DNA of 62,588 nt, the filler included, from Rhabdomonas costata (taxonomy: Eukaryota), in the NCBI GenBank assembly GCA_019059605.1. It is 31 parts of 31 records of this genome, joined end to end, with 100 filler letters (N's around TTAATTAATTAA, not from the genome) between each part and the next. Parts side by side here need not be neighbours in the genome. Positions count along the whole stretch, not along the records: positions 60,669 to 62,588 come from JAHMHO010007364.1; 30 more parts are not named here. One strand, given 5' to 3'. The stretch's first letter is position 1; every line of letters begins with the position of its first letter. This document shows positions 61,219-62,588 of this stretch, piece by piece. The translations under genes were made by a program, and so were the position numbers. A model generated the notes under the pieces. That model was not told the origin of the DNA and did not search any database. It saw only the letters and a list, made by a program, of their open reading frames with translations.

Positions 61219-62231
61219 CCTGAGATCCTGCTAGACTTCCAGATGTCCACGGGCTTGCCCGCGGGCAGCGAGGCCTCCTGCCAGTACCTGGATGTGTCCA
61301 CCATGGGCTGGAGCCCGCGGGGGCTGGCGGTGCAATCCATGGGGGACTCAGGCGGAGGCCGGGGCAGTTGGGTGCGGTGCGGCAGCAGCCACTTCACGGA
61401 GTTTGTGGTGCTGCCCGTACGGGCGGGGTTCTGCATGGGCTGCGTGCTGGCCGCCGTGTGGGGGGTGTACGGCGTGGGCATGGCCGTGGCCACAGTTCGG
61501 GGCTGGCGCAGCCGCAAAGGTCCCCGAGCAACCTATCCCCCCTGCCACAACCCCGACCCCTTCTCCGTTCGTGTTTGCGCTGTGGTGGTCTGCTTCGGGT
61601 TCCATTGAGGGAAGTGGGTCGAAAGGGATGTTGGGTGCAATGCATGATTTTGCAAGAGTGTGCACCGCGGCACGCGAGGCGAACCGGAGCTGTCAAAGGA
61701 CACTTGCTAGATGCGCGCACTGTTATTTGGCATAGTATCCCTGCTGCTTTTCTCTTCGCCTCAGAAGGGAAGCGTGCCCTGGCGCCGCATTACTCTCGTC
61801 CTGTGTGCTCTTCGCTGCCCTCCCTGCTGGGGTTCGCCCTCACCCGCTAGAGCCTTTGGCTCAGCTGCTGGGTGGCCTTGCCGCGCTGCTGCTAGCCTCT
61901 AACCATGGCCACCCTTGGGGAGCTCTCCACTGCCCTACTGGCCGCCCTTGCCGCGCTGGTGCTAGCTCTGGCGTGGTCCCCTGCCTCGTGGGGTGAGATG
62001 GGCCGGGACGGGGCCATTGACGGCGCCGTGCTAGCCCCACTCACGGCGGCGCTGGCCGTGGTGTGGCATCTAACTCGGAACCGGGAGGGTCCTCCGCCTT
62101 CCGAGGACGATGGCGAGGCCAAGGCAGGCTCCCCGGGAGCCCTGGCAGGCGGTGACCCAAGCGCGAAGTATCTGGCTAGGGATGGGCAAGGGGCGTTGAC
62201 CCAGCAGCCGAGCGCGGAGTCTGAGAAGGAG
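61219..62231 (+). CDS. GPS(GAIN)-motif multi-pass membrane protein (PKD1/adhesion-receptor-like), internal exons
   Basis: Exon 61219-61519: CQYLD....WSPRG...VRCGSSHFTEFVV (GPS motif) followed by a TM helix. Further hydrophobic helices lie in 61765-62231, which has in-frame TAGs unless an extra intron is spliced out. Confidence 0.75.
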
Positions 62232-62588
62232 GTTCCCTCTGTGGTTTTCTGTAGGGTGGTTGCGTTTCCCCGAGTTTCTTTCTTTCTTTCTTTCTTTTGC
62301 TTCCCGCCTGTATGAACCACCGAACCAAAAACTTTGCCCAGTGGAAGATTGACTTTAGTGGCCTTTGATTCCCATTGATAGATCTGCTTGAGTCCCCCCG
62401 AGTTCCTGAACATGGTGCAGACTGAGAGCCATCTCTGTGCGGTTTCGGCGATTTATCTATCTCTCTATCGGATGGGTGACCTGAAGAAAATGTGGGGTGT
62501 TGGGCAGGCGACCCAGAAAAATGCTCTTGTGCCCGCACAGACCCATCCCTTGCGCAGCCCTTCTCCCTTCGCAAACGCCAGATCCCTT

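Noticed and set aside
1..62588. Prokaryotic-style operon or defence island linking ART, GIY-YIG, cyclase and TPR genes
   Set aside because: These genes are on separate, unlinked contigs and most contain spliceosomal introns; adjacency is an artefact of concatenation.
1..62588. Genome-wide stop-codon reassignment
   Set aside because: Conserved exons (ANT, NOC4, LACS, Psf1, beta-adaptin, RTRAF) have no internal stops, and TAG, TAA and TGA each end plausible genes here.

Overview
This window is not one locus. It is 31 unrelated contigs of about 1.92 kb joined by 30 artificial 100-nt spacers (N44-TTAATTAATTAA-N44), so no synteny can be read across spacers. The DNA is eukaryotic nuclear sequence with many short spliceosomal introns (donor consensus GT[A/G]TG[C/T], several GC-AG) and GT/CA microsatellites. 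By inference it is a euglenozoan, probably a euglenid. G/T-only contig starts and C/A-only contig ends suggest a whole-genome-amplified library. Partial host genes recognised by motif: ADP/ATP carrier, NOC4, GINS1/Psf1, RTRAF, beta-adaptin, long-chain acyl-CoA synthetase, class III cyclase, CDGSH (CISD3-like), GPATCH11-like, TPR, SLC35-type transporter, DUF2817 and two PKD1-like (REJ/GPS) receptors. Mobile DNA: a Penelope-like element with an N-terminal GIY-YIG domain (Naiad/Chlamys architecture), a Helitron-type Rep remnant, a Merlin-like fragment and MITEs. Most notable: (1) a single-pass membrane protein with a cytoplasmic R-S-E ADP-ribosyltransferase that contains an ART-like insert; (2) the permuted-domain PLE; (3) a very AT-rich, decayed insulinase gene of possible giant-virus origin fused to the Helitron remnant; (4) two in-frame TAGs in a coding-like stretch of a GPS receptor gene. 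All family calls are by-eye motif recognition, not database searches.
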